NCBI GenBank assembly: GCA_963710755.1
Contig: CAVQBK010000003.1
Coordinates: 768,001-832,000, forward strand
DNA: 64,000 nt
Reading direction: 5' to 3'
DNA from: an uncultured bacterium
GTDB taxonomy: Bacteria > Oederibacteriota > JAAXVQ01 > JAUVAV01
Part shown: positions 30,592 through 40,021 of the stretch, in pieces
How positions within the stretch are numbered: position 1 is the stretch's first letter
How the letters are laid out: the number at the start of each line of letters is the position of its first letter
Translations under genes and position numbers: made by a program
Notes under the pieces: model-generated
Told to the model about the DNA's origin: nothing
The model's database searches: none
What the model saw: the letters and a program-made list of their open reading frames with translations, nothing else

Positions 30592-31527
30592 GTGCCTGCA
30601 CAGACGCCTTACCGCACCTATGCCGCCTATTTAAAAGAACGCTTCGGCGGGCCTACTCGCAAGCTTAGTCTCCATGCTGGATTTAGTTGCCCCAACCGTG
30701 ACGGCACCCTGTCTTATGACGGGTGCATCTTTTGCGATCCCCAAGCCTTTTCGCCCCATTGCCGACCTGAACCATTGCCTCTCATTCACCAGTTGCGCGA
30801 GGGTGTGGAACAGGGTCATAACCGGGGAATCCATCGGTTCATTGCTTATTTTCAAGCTTTTACCAATACTTACGGGTCGCCGGCACAGTTAAAGGATGCT
30901 TATGACACCATCCGGGCCTTTCCTGAGATCAAAGGCTTGGCCATAGGCACCAGGCCCGATTGCCTGGACAATTCCATTATGGCATTGATCAACAGCTATA
31001 CTGAAGATTACGAGGTGTGGTTGGAATTGGGGTTGCAAAGCATTCATGATCAAACCCTGCTTCTGATCAATCGTGGTCATGACCGCAAGGCTTTTGACCA
31101 GGCGGTGACGATGATCAGAAGTTTTCCGAAAATCAAGCTCAGCGCCCATGTCATATTAGGCTTGCCGCAAGAGACAACCGTCATGGAAGCAGCCACGGCC
31201 CGGCAATGTGCTGTTTGGGGCGTGGATGCTGTCAAGCTCCATCCACTGCACGCTGTCAAAGGCACGGCTTTGGCCGAAGCCTATGCGCAGGGCCGGATCA
31301 GCTTGTTAACTCAGCAGGCCTACCTGGAACGGGTAATGACTTTTTTGGATTATTTGCCGCCCACCACGATCATTGAACGCGTTACTGCCGATTGCCCGCG
31401 ACCCTTGCTGGTGGCGCCGGACTGGATTAATGACAAGCCGTCTTTTCTTTTGGCTTTGCAACAACGCATGCTGGCCGAAGGGCGACGCCAAGGCCGGTGC
31501 TGGTCCCTAAACGCGAAAACGCCCTAG
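30592..31527 (+). CDS. TIGR01212/YhcC-family radical SAM protein
   Basis: GFSCPNRDG...GCIFC, YFQAFTNTY, IGTRPDC, ELGLQS. Confidence 0.92.
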   Translation: MPAQTPYRTYAAYLKERFGGPTRKLSLHAGFSCPNRDGTLSYDGCIFCDPQAFSPHCRPEPLPLIHQLREGVEQGHNRGIHRFIAYFQAFTNTYGSPAQLKDAYDTIRAFPEIKGLAIGTRPDCLDNSIMALINSYTEDYEVWLELGLQSIHDQTLLLINRGHDRKAFDQAVTMIRSFPKIKLSAHVILGLPQETTVMEAATARQCAVWGVDAVKLHPLHAVKGTALAEAYAQGRISLLTQQAYLERVMTFLDYLPPTTIIERVTADCPRPLLVAPDWINDKPSFLLALQQRMLAEGRRQGRCWSLNAKTP

Positions 31528-31667
31528 CAATAGTCTATAATACGAAAATCGAGAATCGATTCCGTCAACAGCGGGATAAGCAATCGACCGCAGTTGAACG
31601 AATGGATTAATTTTCGATGGTCGATTTCCGATTACTCGGGACGCTGAATAACTAATTGCTCAGCCTC

Positions 31668-32420
31668 CTAGGCCGCCAGACAGGTCAACTGATCGATGAG
31701 ATTGCTTTTTAAACCCACGCTATAACCGGTCATGACGATGGTTCTGAAGGGGTCATCCTGATTGGTGACCAGGCTTTGCAGATAAGCCCGGTTTAGTAAT
31801 GTTCGGTTGCTTTGCCAATAGTCAAAGGCATGCTCGATCATGAACCAGGGCAGAGGATTGGCGGCCTTTAACATGTTGAGATTGAGGCTCTGTTCCCTCA
31901 CTCCGCCGGAAGTCATTTTTTTAAAAATTTTAGGATGGATCAAACGATGATAGTGGTCTGCACCAATTAGCGTCAAAGAAGCACGGGCCACGGCATAACC
32001 GGCCAGCGCAATGCAGAACAATTGGCTGTATTCTGTCGGCGAATGTTTAGCCAAAGCGGTTAGGGCTTCAAGACTGGGCCGTTGCACCAGGGCCGCACCC
32101 AAAGCCGCATCCAGTCTTTCCCGCAATTGCCGTTTTTTTAAGTTGACCTGAGCAAATTCACGTTCTGTTTGGTTGAGCAGCATGGACAGGGTTAACTGCT
32201 TGTCGTTGAGGACAAAACAAGTATGCTGCAACTGTTCTTTTTTCAAATATTGCCGAATCAATTTCTCGGCGTTCTGGCCCATGAGTCGCCGGCGCTGACT
32301 GAATCGAAAAATAAATCGATACCAGGGCTGCTGCTGCTGGGTCACCACCGCCACCGCTAGGAGACTTAAGAACCCCAGGGCACAAAGGGTTACCAATATC
32401 ATCACTGCTGTTTGGGACAT
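31668..32420 (-). CDS. Hypothetical protein with N-terminal membrane anchor
   Basis: ORF with RBS GAGGT before the ATG; one hydrophobic helix then a helical region. Confidence 0.6.
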   Translation of the reverse strand: MSQTAVMILVTLCALGFLSLLAVAVVTQQQQPWYRFIFRFSQRRRLMGQNAEKLIRQYLKKEQLQHTCFVLNDKQLTLSMLLNQTEREFAQVNLKKRQLRERLDAALGAALVQRPSLEALTALAKHSPTEYSQLFCIALAGYAVARASLTLIGADHYHRLIHPKIFKKMTSGGVREQSLNLNMLKAANPLPWFMIEHAFDYWQSNRTLLNRAYLQSLVTNQDDPFRTIVMTGYSVGLKSNLIDQLTCLAA

Positions 32421-32542
32421 CGCCGCTACCTCTATTATTTTTTTTCCGCTGCAGCATGACCTCAACCTCCGGTCTGCTTGAAGGGGCCTGGGAAAACCAC
32501 ATCCCCGGATAGACACACCGGGGCCAGTGGTTGCACCCTAAA

Positions 32543-32569
32543 GTATCGGTGTAAGCAGCTCGGTCTTAA
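32543..32569 (-). promoter_or_regulatory. Sigma28 (FliA)-like promoter
   Basis: Minus strand reads TTAA-N15-ACCGATAC; consensus is TAAA-N15-GCCGATAA. Confidence 0.45.
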
Positions 32570-32898
32570 ATGGAGGTCCGGCCTTCTTCTCAAGACAAGC
32601 CGAGGCCTAATCCGGAGGAAAGGTTAAAGCGGCAATAAAAATAATGATCTTCTTCCTTCCCTATCCCCATACCTCGCAATTGATTTTGGGGTAGTTTATT
32701 TTTGGTCGGATCTTTATTTAGCCAAGACTTGACCGAACGGCCAAATGCATGAATAATGGTGGCCCGCACTGAAAAAATGTAAGTTAGGTTAAGCCCTTTA
32801 TGGAGGCAGGCTGCATGCCGATGCTTTAGTGAACCCACCAGCACTGGGGTTGGCCGGCGAGGCGTGAGCCAGCCCGGAGAAAGCCAAAAGGATGAACC

Positions 32899-33411
32899 AT
32901 GGTCACTCAAAACCGTGATGGGCAAAATAAATTTATTGAAATGCGCTTTAGCCCTTTGTTTGAGTTTGTTCCATTTGTCCGGAGTTATCTGCTCAATGTG
33001 TTGGCCCTTTATCTGCAGGATCATTTGCAGTTGGAAAAAGTGGTGTTGGCCGCTTCGGAATTATTGGAAAATGCGGTGAAGTATTCCTTGAACAGCGAGG
33101 TCAAGCTGACCATCTGTCATTTGAATGATGAGGAGCCTGTAGAGCTGTTGGTTTATAATCATGCCGATCCTGTTCACGCCAAACGGCTTTTTGCCTGTCT
33201 GGAGGAAATGGAGACCGGCGATCCTCTAGATTACTATATTGCCAAAATGCGCAGTTCGGTGCATCAAAGGCAAGGGGAGGCCAATATCGGGCTGGCTCGG
33301 GTGGCCTATGAATCATCTGCCCAGCTAAGTGCCCGATTTTTGGAAGCTGATTGGCTGCTCGTTAATGCCCGGTTTACAGCGCCTTCTGATAAAGGGGAAA
33401 CACATGTTTGA
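32899..33411 (+). CDS. HATPase_c-like protein (anti-sigma kinase / SiaB-like)
   Basis: N-box ELLENAVKYS and G-box-like ANIGLARVAYE. Confidence 0.7.
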   Translation: MVTQNRDGQNKFIEMRFSPLFEFVPFVRSYLLNVLALYLQDHLQLEKVVLAASELLENAVKYSLNSEVKLTICHLNDEEPVELLVYNHADPVHAKRLFACLEEMETGDPLDYYIAKMRSSVHQRQGEANIGLARVAYESSAQLSARFLEADWLLVNARFTAPSDKGETHV

Positions 33412-33775
33412 CATGGAACCTACGACTTATGAAAAATTAACCTTGAGTGTACAAGCAGGACGGGTCAAATTGGCAGGCAGCATTGAAATGCCCAATCCCA
33501 ATGAGGTGATGCAGCCTTTTTTTAGTAAAATTCACGACCTTATGGTGAGTCATCAGTATAAAGCTCTGGAGGTGGATTTAAGCGAGTTGACCTTCCTCAA
33601 TTCCTGCGGCGTTAAGGAAATTGTGGCTTGGATTTTAAAGCAGGATGAATTGGATATGGAACAAAAATATCAGATTACGTTCCTCTGCAATCCCAACTAC
33701 AGCTGGCAGGAATTGACGATAACCTCCGTGGTTTGGCTTAACCCCAGCCAGATCAAAATGAAAATGATCCGTTAA
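33404..33775 (+). CDS. STAS / SiaC-like protein
   Basis: VDLSELTFLNSCG resembles the anti-anti-sigma phospho-Ser loop; overlaps the upstream gene. Confidence 0.65.
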   Translation: MFDMEPTTYEKLTLSVQAGRVKLAGSIEMPNPNEVMQPFFSKIHDLMVSHQYKALEVDLSELTFLNSCGVKEIVAWILKQDELDMEQKYQITFLCNPNYSWQELTITSVVWLNPSQIKMKMIR

Positions 33776-33793
33776 CAGCCGCCACCTTAATCA

Positions 33794-34495
33794 TCACTCC
33801 GGCGGCCTGCTCTCATCTTCAGCATGAGGGCCGGCCAAGGGCACAAAGACCACACTGGAAAGGCTATCATAGCTCAACGAGTGGTCCGGCTTTTTAACCG
33901 CCAAAGTTAAGGTTTGGGTTTGACCAGCGGGGCCCAGCGGGGCTACCAATTTTCCGCCTACCTTTAGCTGCCGAATCAGAAGCTCGGGAATAGTCCTGAC
34001 CGAGCAGGACAGCAAGATGCCGTCAAAGGGACCCGCTTCCAGCCAGCCTTCATAGCCATCTCCCACCCGCAATTTAATAGTGTCCATGAGGTTCAGCCTG
34101 GTTAAGGGGGCCACAGCCTTGCGTACCAACGGTTCCTGGATGTCCATGGAAAAAACTTGTGCACCCATGTGGGCCAGCAAAGCGGCTTGATAGCCGGAGC
34201 CGGTTCCGATCTCAAGCACACGCTGGCCCTTCTCAGGACGCAACAAAGAAACCATCATGGCCATGACATAAGGCTGAGAAATGGTGGCTTGCTCGGCCAA
34301 CGGCAAGGCGGTGTCAGTATAGGCTTGATCTTGCAACTCGGAGGGGACAAATAAATGGCGCGGAATAGCGCGCATGGCATGCAGTATTTTATAATACCCA
34401 ATGCCCCGGCCTTCAATCTGATCACGGACCATGGCCAGTCGTTCCGCTTCGCGTTCATGAGGATCAAATGGGGGTAGAGCATTAACATGGGTCAT
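33794..34495 (-). CDS. pcm: Protein-L-isoaspartate O-methyltransferase
   Basis: IPRHLFVP, TISQPY, LEIGTGSGYQAA, GDGYEGW...PFD. Confidence 0.94.
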   Translation of the reverse strand: MTHVNALPPFDPHEREAERLAMVRDQIEGRGIGYYKILHAMRAIPRHLFVPSELQDQAYTDTALPLAEQATISQPYVMAMMVSLLRPEKGQRVLEIGTGSGYQAALLAHMGAQVFSMDIQEPLVRKAVAPLTRLNLMDTIKLRVGDGYEGWLEAGPFDGILLSCSVRTIPELLIRQLKVGGKLVAPLGPAGQTQTLTLAVKKPDHSLSYDSLSSVVFVPLAGPHAEDESRPPE

Positions 34496-34656
34496 GGATA
34501 TGTCCTATTGAGGGGATAGGTCATCCTGTCTGATTGCCCGCAATTTACCATCGCCGTCGTGATAAAGCAATCATTTTATGGACACTATTTTTAGCTTGCC
34601 TGCCAAGGCACTTATTGGCATCATAGGGGCTATTCCAGAAAAGCAGGTGATTGGAT

Positions 34657-35400
34657 ATGGCGACAACTTCCGACCAAGTGGGCTCTGCAGCTCGGGCGGT
34701 TATTCTGCTCTCCGGTGGACTTGACTCCACCACCACATTGGCTCTGGCAGCCAAAGAAGGCTTTCATTGTTATGCCTTGACCGTGGATTACGGACAACGG
34801 CATCGCTTTGAAATCGAACAGGCCCGCAACCACGCCGGCCGATACGGGGTGCAAGAACATAAAATCATCAAAGTCGAACTAAATCAATTTGGGGGATCGG
34901 CTTTAACCACGGATATGGCCGTGCCTGATGGCCGTGAGCAGCCTTCGGCCCGGGATATTCCCTTGACCTATGTACCGGCCCGCAATACAGTGCTCCTCTC
35001 CTTGGGGTTGGCCTGGGCGGAAGTACTCAACGCCAAGGCGTTGTTTATCGGCGCCAATGCCGTGGATTATTCCGGTTATCCCGATTGCCGTCCTGAATTT
35101 TTAGAAGCTTTTGAAAAAGTGGCCAAGCTGGGTACCAAGGCAGGCGTTACCGACCAATGGGCTTTAGAAATCCGGGCACCCTTGATCCGGATGTCCAAAG
35201 CGGAAATTATCAAATTGGGCGTGCGCCTGGGGGTGGATTTCCATGGCACCTCCTCCTGCTATAATCCCAAGGCGGACGGCAGTCCCTGTGGGCAATGTGA
35301 GTCCTGCCTCTTGCGGGCCAAAGGCTTTGAAGAAGCCGGCATGCGCGATGGTCTGATATCATCGCCGGCTCGGAGAGAGGGCCAAGGGCAACAACCCTAA
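34657..35400 (+). CDS. queC: 7-cyano-7-deazaguanine synthase
   Basis: [27 protein letters not shown]...CGQCESC. Confidence 0.96.
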   Translation: MATTSDQVGSAARAVILLSGGLDSTTTLALAAKEGFHCYALTVDYGQRHRFEIEQARNHAGRYGVQEHKIIKVELNQFGGSALTTDMAVPDGREQPSARDIPLTYVPARNTVLLSLGLAWAEVLNAKALFIGANAVDYSGYPDCRPEFLEAFEKVAKLGTKAGVTDQWALEIRAPLIRMSKAEIIKLGVRLGVDFHGTSSCYNPKADGSPCGQCESCLLRAKGFEEAGMRDGLISSPARREGQGQQP

Positions 35401-35603
35401 TTTATTTGCACCCCTGATTGCAGCTATGATAAGATAACCGACAATTTATCCTGCAACGTCTTCATCCTCGGCTAAAGTCAAGGTTTTCGGTGTTGCAGGA
35501 TGTCGCCTGCCAAATTGGCAGGAGGCTCGAGATTGTTTTGGGGAACCTGGTTTGGCCCGGGGACTCCATTAATATCATCAGAACAAACCAGACAGGATAT
35601 TTC

Positions 35604-37007
35604 ATGACTCCAACACCACAACCAACCAGATTTGGCACTGACGGCATACGCGGCCTGGCCAATGTCGGGCCGCTGAATATTGGCGAAGTGCTGCGCTTGG
35701 GCGAAGCCACGGCCCACTTGCTGCTAAAACGGCTCCAACGCAGAAGTACAGTGGGACTGGGATGGGATACGCGAATTTCTTCGCCGGCCTTGGCGCATGC
35801 CTTGGCTGCCGGCCTGTCTGCGGGCGGCGCCAGAGTAATCAAATTTGGGGTCATCCCCACGCCGGCCGTGGCCCGCTTGACCGTGGCCTATAAATTGGAT
35901 GCGGGCATCGTGATTTCCGCTTCCCACAATCCGGTGGAGGACAATGGTATAAAATACTTCGACCGTCAGGGCGGAAAATTCCCTGATGCTGATGAACGCG
36001 CTTTGGAACGGCAATTACTCCAGCAGAAAAGCATTCCTCAAAAAACCGGACGAGCCATGGGCATGATCGAGGAATGGTACGGTAATGCGGCCACGCACTA
36101 CCGTCATCAGGTCGTGCGGCAATTTGAGCGGGCGGGCTTAAAGGGATTACGGCTGGTGGTGGACATGGCCCAGGGGGCTACGTGCAGAACCGCGCCAGCG
36201 GTTTTAGAGGCATTGGGGATAGAGGCCCTATGGTTGGGTGATAAACCCAACGGCTTGAATATCAACGACCGGGTAGGCTCTCTTTTTCCCAAGAAAACCG
36301 CGGCGGCGGTCAAACGATGGAAGGCTCACGCCGGCCTGGCATTTGACGGTGATGGTGACCGGGTGATTATGATTGATGAAAAAGGCAAAATCCTCAACGG
36401 TGACCGGCTTATAGGCATGCTGGCGGTTTATTACAAACAAAAAAAGAAACTACCCGGCCATACGGTGGTGACCACGGTGATGAGCAATTTGGGCCTGGAG
36501 CGCTACTTCCAGCAGCAGGGCATCAGCATGCTGCGGGCGCCGGTGGGCGATCGCTATGTCTGGGCCATGATGCAAAAAAAGCGGGCCGTGCTGGGCGGTG
36601 AACAATCGGGCCATATGCTGTTGCCCCGCTTAACCCCTACGGGTGACGGGTTGGTGACAGCCTTGGAAGTGCTGGCCACCATGCGTGCCCAGGGCAAACC
36701 TTTGTCCGACCTATGCTCCGGCTGGAACAATTATCCGCAATTGTTGGTCAATGTGCCGGTGGCACATCGTCCGGAGCTGTCGCAGCTGACGGCAGTGAAA
36801 GCAGCCTTGCAGGAAGGCAGCAAGTCCTTGGGTGAGCGGGGGCGTTTTAACCTGCGCTATTCCGGCACGGAACCTCTGGCCAGGGTCATGGTGGAAGCGC
36901 CTTCACGGGCACAAGTGGTTTTTTGGGCGGATCGTCTGGCTTCGGCCATTGAAAAAGAAATCGGCATCGGCCAACAAAGGAGAGAGACATGGCTAACTTA
37001 TGCGTGA
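35604..37007 (+). CDS. glmM: Phosphoglucosamine mutase
   Basis: [35 protein letters not shown]. Confidence 0.95.
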   Translation: MTPTPQPTRFGTDGIRGLANVGPLNIGEVLRLGEATAHLLLKRLQRRSTVGLGWDTRISSPALAHALAAGLSAGGARVIKFGVIPTPAVARLTVAYKLDAGIVISASHNPVEDNGIKYFDRQGGKFPDADERALERQLLQQKSIPQKTGRAMGMIEEWYGNAATHYRHQVVRQFERAGLKGLRLVVDMAQGATCRTAPAVLEALGIEALWLGDKPNGLNINDRVGSLFPKKTAAAVKRWKAHAGLAFDGDGDRVIMIDEKGKILNGDRLIGMLAVYYKQKKKLPGHTVVTTVMSNLGLERYFQQQGISMLRAPVGDRYVWAMMQKKRAVLGGEQSGHMLLPRLTPTGDGLVTALEVLATMRAQGKPLSDLCSGWNNYPQLLVNVPVAHRPELSQLTAVKAALQEGSKSLGERGRFNLRYSGTEPLARVMVEAPSRAQVVFWADRLASAIEKEIGIGQQRRETWLTYA

Positions 37008-37702
37008 ACATCGATCACATTGCCACCCTACGTCAAGCCCGGCTTGACCGGGAACCTGATCCTGTGGCTGCGGCCGTACTGGTGGAACAAGCCGGTGCCC
37101 ATGGCATTACGGTACACCTGCGCGAGGACCGGCGCCATATTCAGGACCGCGATGTGAGGTTATTAAAAGACATCATTAAAACCAAACTCAATTTGGAAAT
37201 GGCGGCCACTGACGAGATGATCTCCCTGGCCTGTGAGCTTTTTCCCGATGAGTGCACCTTGGTGCCGGAAAACCGGGAGGAGTTGACCACTGAAGGGGGC
37301 TTGAACGTGGTCTCCCAGCAGGAACGACTGACCAAGACCGTGAACATATTAAAAGATGCAGGCATTATAGTTTCGCTCTTTGTGGATCCCAATAAAGACC
37401 AAATTACAGCCGCCGCCAAGACCGGGGCCCAGTTTGTCGAACTGCATACCGGCCATTATGCCAGGGTCTGGGGCACTTCCCAGGCAGAAGATGTTTTAGA
37501 AGAACTGGAACAGGCCTCCCTGTGGGCGGCTGAGCAGGGATTGGCGGTGAATGCCGGTCACGGGCTGACTTATCGTAATGTGGAACCCATTGCTGATTTG
37601 ACCGGTATCGTGGATTTAAACATTGGCCACAATATCATTGCCCGCGCGGCCTTGGTGGGATTGGAACAGGCAGTCAGAGATATGTTAGGTCTGGTGGTGT
37701 AA
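36989..37702 (+). CDS. pdxJ: Pyridoxine 5'-phosphate synthase
   Basis: [39 protein letters not shown]. Confidence 0.97.
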   Translation: MANLCVNIDHIATLRQARLDREPDPVAAAVLVEQAGAHGITVHLREDRRHIQDRDVRLLKDIIKTKLNLEMAATDEMISLACELFPDECTLVPENREELTTEGGLNVVSQQERLTKTVNILKDAGIIVSLFVDPNKDQITAAAKTGAQFVELHTGHYARVWGTSQAEDVLEELEQASLWAAEQGLAVNAGHGLTYRNVEPIADLTGIVDLNIGHNIIARAALVGLEQAVRDMLGLVV

Positions 37703-37713
37703 GGCAAGCCTCC

Positions 37714-37741
37714 ATAGGGAACGGTTGCGACCGTACCCTGC
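37714..37741. repeat. REP-like palindrome
   Basis: ATAGGGAACGGTTGCGACCGTACCCTGC, an imperfect GTAGGG...CCCTAC-type hairpin. Confidence 0.45.
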
Positions 37742-37761
37742 AAAAGGTCAAGAGGTGAACC

Positions 37762-39603
37762 ATGTGTGGGATTGTCGGTTATATTGGGGCTCAGGAAGCA
37801 GCGCCCCTGCTTTTAGAAGGGTTGCAAAAACTGGAATACCGGGGATATGATTCTGCCGGTCTGGCTGTTATGGCCGGGAAAAAATTAGTCACCCGACGTA
37901 GTGAAGGTAAATTGTACAAACTGGTACAGGTGGTTAATGATCAGCCTGTGCCCGGGACTGTGGGCATCGGCCATACACGCTGGGCCACGCACGGCCGTCC
38001 CAATGAGGATAATGCCCATCCCCATACCAACAACCAACGTACCTTGGCGGTGGTGCACAACGGGATTGTGGAAAATGACCGTGCCTTGCATCTGGATTTG
38101 GAAAAGAAAGGCTACCAATTTCAATCCGATACGGATACAGAAGTTTTTGCCCACCTGATTGATTATTATTATAAACCGCGCACCACCCTGGAATCCGCGG
38201 TGCGCCAAGCTATCGGTAAAATTAAAGGTACTTTTGCTCTGGCCGTCATCAGTGAACGGGAACCGGGAAAACTGGTGGCTGTCCGGCGAGGCAGCCCGCT
38301 GATTGTGGGCCTGAACAAAAAGCAGCAGGAATACTTTATTGCTTCCGATGTACCGGCTCTGCTTAACCATACGCGGGACGTGCTTTTTCTTCATGATGAA
38401 GAAATGGCGGTGTTGACCAAGCAAGGCGTTAAATTGAGCACATTTGCAGGTAAAAGTGTTCACCGCGCCCCAACCTATATTACCTGGAATGCCATTCAGG
38501 CGGAAAAAGGCGGCTACAAGCATTTCATGCTCAAAGAAATTTACGAACAGCCGCAGGTGGTGGAAGATACCCTGCGCGGACGGGTGCAAGGTTTGGGCGG
38601 GGATGTGGTCTTAGGGGAAGCCGATCTACCGGAAGCTTTTTTAAAAACCATCAGGAGAGTCTACCTGGTAGCCTGCGGCACCAGCTGGCATGCTGGTTTG
38701 GTGGGAAAATTTTTGATTGAAAAATTTGCCCATCTGCCTACGGAAGTGGATTTTGCCTCTGAGTTTCGCTACCGCGGGCCGTTGATCGACAAACAATCCC
38801 TGGTAGTGGTAATCAGCCAGTCGGGAGAAACGGCGGACACTTTGGCAGCTCTGAAAGAGGCCAAACGCCTGAAGGCCAGAACCCTGGCTATTTGCAATGT
38901 GGTGGGGTCCACCATGACCAGGGAAGCCCAGGGCACGCTCTATACCCATGCCGGACCGGAAATCGGCGTGGCGTCCACCAAGGCCTTCACCGGCCAATTA
39001 ACAGCGCTTCACTTGCTGGCTTTGTATTTGGGACGCAAGCAGCGTGTGCTCACCAAATCAGCGGCCGCTGTGCATATGGATCATTTGCGACAGGTCCCAC
39101 GGCTCATGAAAGAGATTCTGAACCAGGATCAGCATATCAAGGATATTGCCAGTGAACTTCATCACAAACGGGACTTTTTGTTTCTGGGCCGGGGCATCAA
39201 CTATCCTATTGCGCTGGAAGGGGCATTAAAGTTAAAGGAGATTTCCTACATTCATGCCGAGGGTTATCCGGCCGGGGAAATGAAACACGGGCCCATCGCC
39301 TTGATAGATCAGGACATGCCGGTTGTGGCCATTGCCAATGACTCATCAGTACAGGAGAAAATTCTGAGTAATATTCGAGAAGTAAAAAGCCGCAACGGCG
39401 CGGTGTTGGCCCTGGTAAGCAAAGGCCACCAGGACTGGCTGCAAGGTATGGACTGGGTGATTGAATGTCCGGCGGTCGCCGAAGAAATCAGTCCGCTGAT
39501 CACCATTGTGCCTTTGCAGCTGCTGGCGTATCACATTGCCTTTTTGCGGGGGTGCGACGTGGATCAACCGCGTAATCTGGCCAAGAGTGTGACCGTGGAA
39601 TGA
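37762..39603 (+). CDS. glmS: Glutamine--fructose-6-phosphate aminotransferase
   Basis: MCGIVG, GHTRWATHG, SQSGETAD, PRNLAKSVTVE. Confidence 0.98.
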   Translation: MCGIVGYIGAQEAAPLLLEGLQKLEYRGYDSAGLAVMAGKKLVTRRSEGKLYKLVQVVNDQPVPGTVGIGHTRWATHGRPNEDNAHPHTNNQRTLAVVHNGIVENDRALHLDLEKKGYQFQSDTDTEVFAHLIDYYYKPRTTLESAVRQAIGKIKGTFALAVISEREPGKLVAVRRGSPLIVGLNKKQQEYFIASDVPALLNHTRDVLFLHDEEMAVLTKQGVKLSTFAGKSVHRAPTYITWNAIQAEKGGYKHFMLKEIYEQPQVVEDTLRGRVQGLGGDVVLGEADLPEAFLKTIRRVYLVACGTSWHAGLVGKFLIEKFAHLPTEVDFASEFRYRGPLIDKQSLVVVISQSGETADTLAALKEAKRLKARTLAICNVVGSTMTREAQGTLYTHAGPEIGVASTKAFTGQLTALHLLALYLGRKQRVLTKSAAAVHMDHLRQVPRLMKEILNQDQHIKDIASELHHKRDFLFLGRGINYPIALEGALKLKEISYIHAEGYPAGEMKHGPIALIDQDMPVVAIANDSSVQEKILSNIREVKSRNGAVLALVSKGHQDWLQGMDWVIECPAVAEEISPLITIVPLQLLAYHIAFLRGCDVDQPRNLAKSVTVE

Positions 39604-40007
39604 ACCATTCAGCTTTAGTCAACCTGAACGTGCAGACCCCACGGCGTGAGGCCATGCTGGATATTACCGACAAAGTTCAGCAGATTGTGGCTGAGAGCGG
39701 CGTGGTAGAAGGCGTGGCCGTCATTCAGGTTATGCACACCACGGCTGCCGTAACCATTAATGAAAACGCCGATCCTGACGTGGTCTTGGATATGCTTCGG
39801 CACTTGCAGGAGATGGTGCCCCATCATCATGGATTCAGGCACGGGGAAGGGAATTCGGATGCCCATATCAAAAGTTCCCTGGTGGGACCTTCGCTGAGCG
39901 TGCATGTCAGTCAAGGCCGGCTGATCTTGGGCACCTGGCAAGGTATCTATTTTTGTGAATTTGACGGGCCACGGCACCGGCAGGTTAAAGTACGGGTTCT
40001 GGGCTAA
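39600..40007 (+). CDS. yjbQ: YjbQ/UPF0047 family protein
   Basis: HTTAAVTINENADPDV, GNSDAHIKS, LGTWQGIYFCEFDGPR. Confidence 0.93.
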   Translation: MNHSALVNLNVQTPRREAMLDITDKVQQIVAESGVVEGVAVIQVMHTTAAVTINENADPDVVLDMLRHLQEMVPHHHGFRHGEGNSDAHIKSSLVGPSLSVHVSQGRLILGTWQGIYFCEFDGPRHRQVKVRVLG

Positions 40008-40021
40008 AGGAGTATATAATT

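Noticed and set aside
32590-33024. 144-aa minus-strand ORF
   Set aside because: Overlaps the HATPase gene and a divergent promoter region; no motif
34500-34656. preQ1 riboswitch or sigma54 promoter before queC
   Set aside because: No preQ1 hairpin with A-rich tail; the GG-N10-GC match has GGGC rather than TTGC
37703-37761. glmS ribozyme
   Set aside because: Gap is only 59 bp and lacks the conserved core
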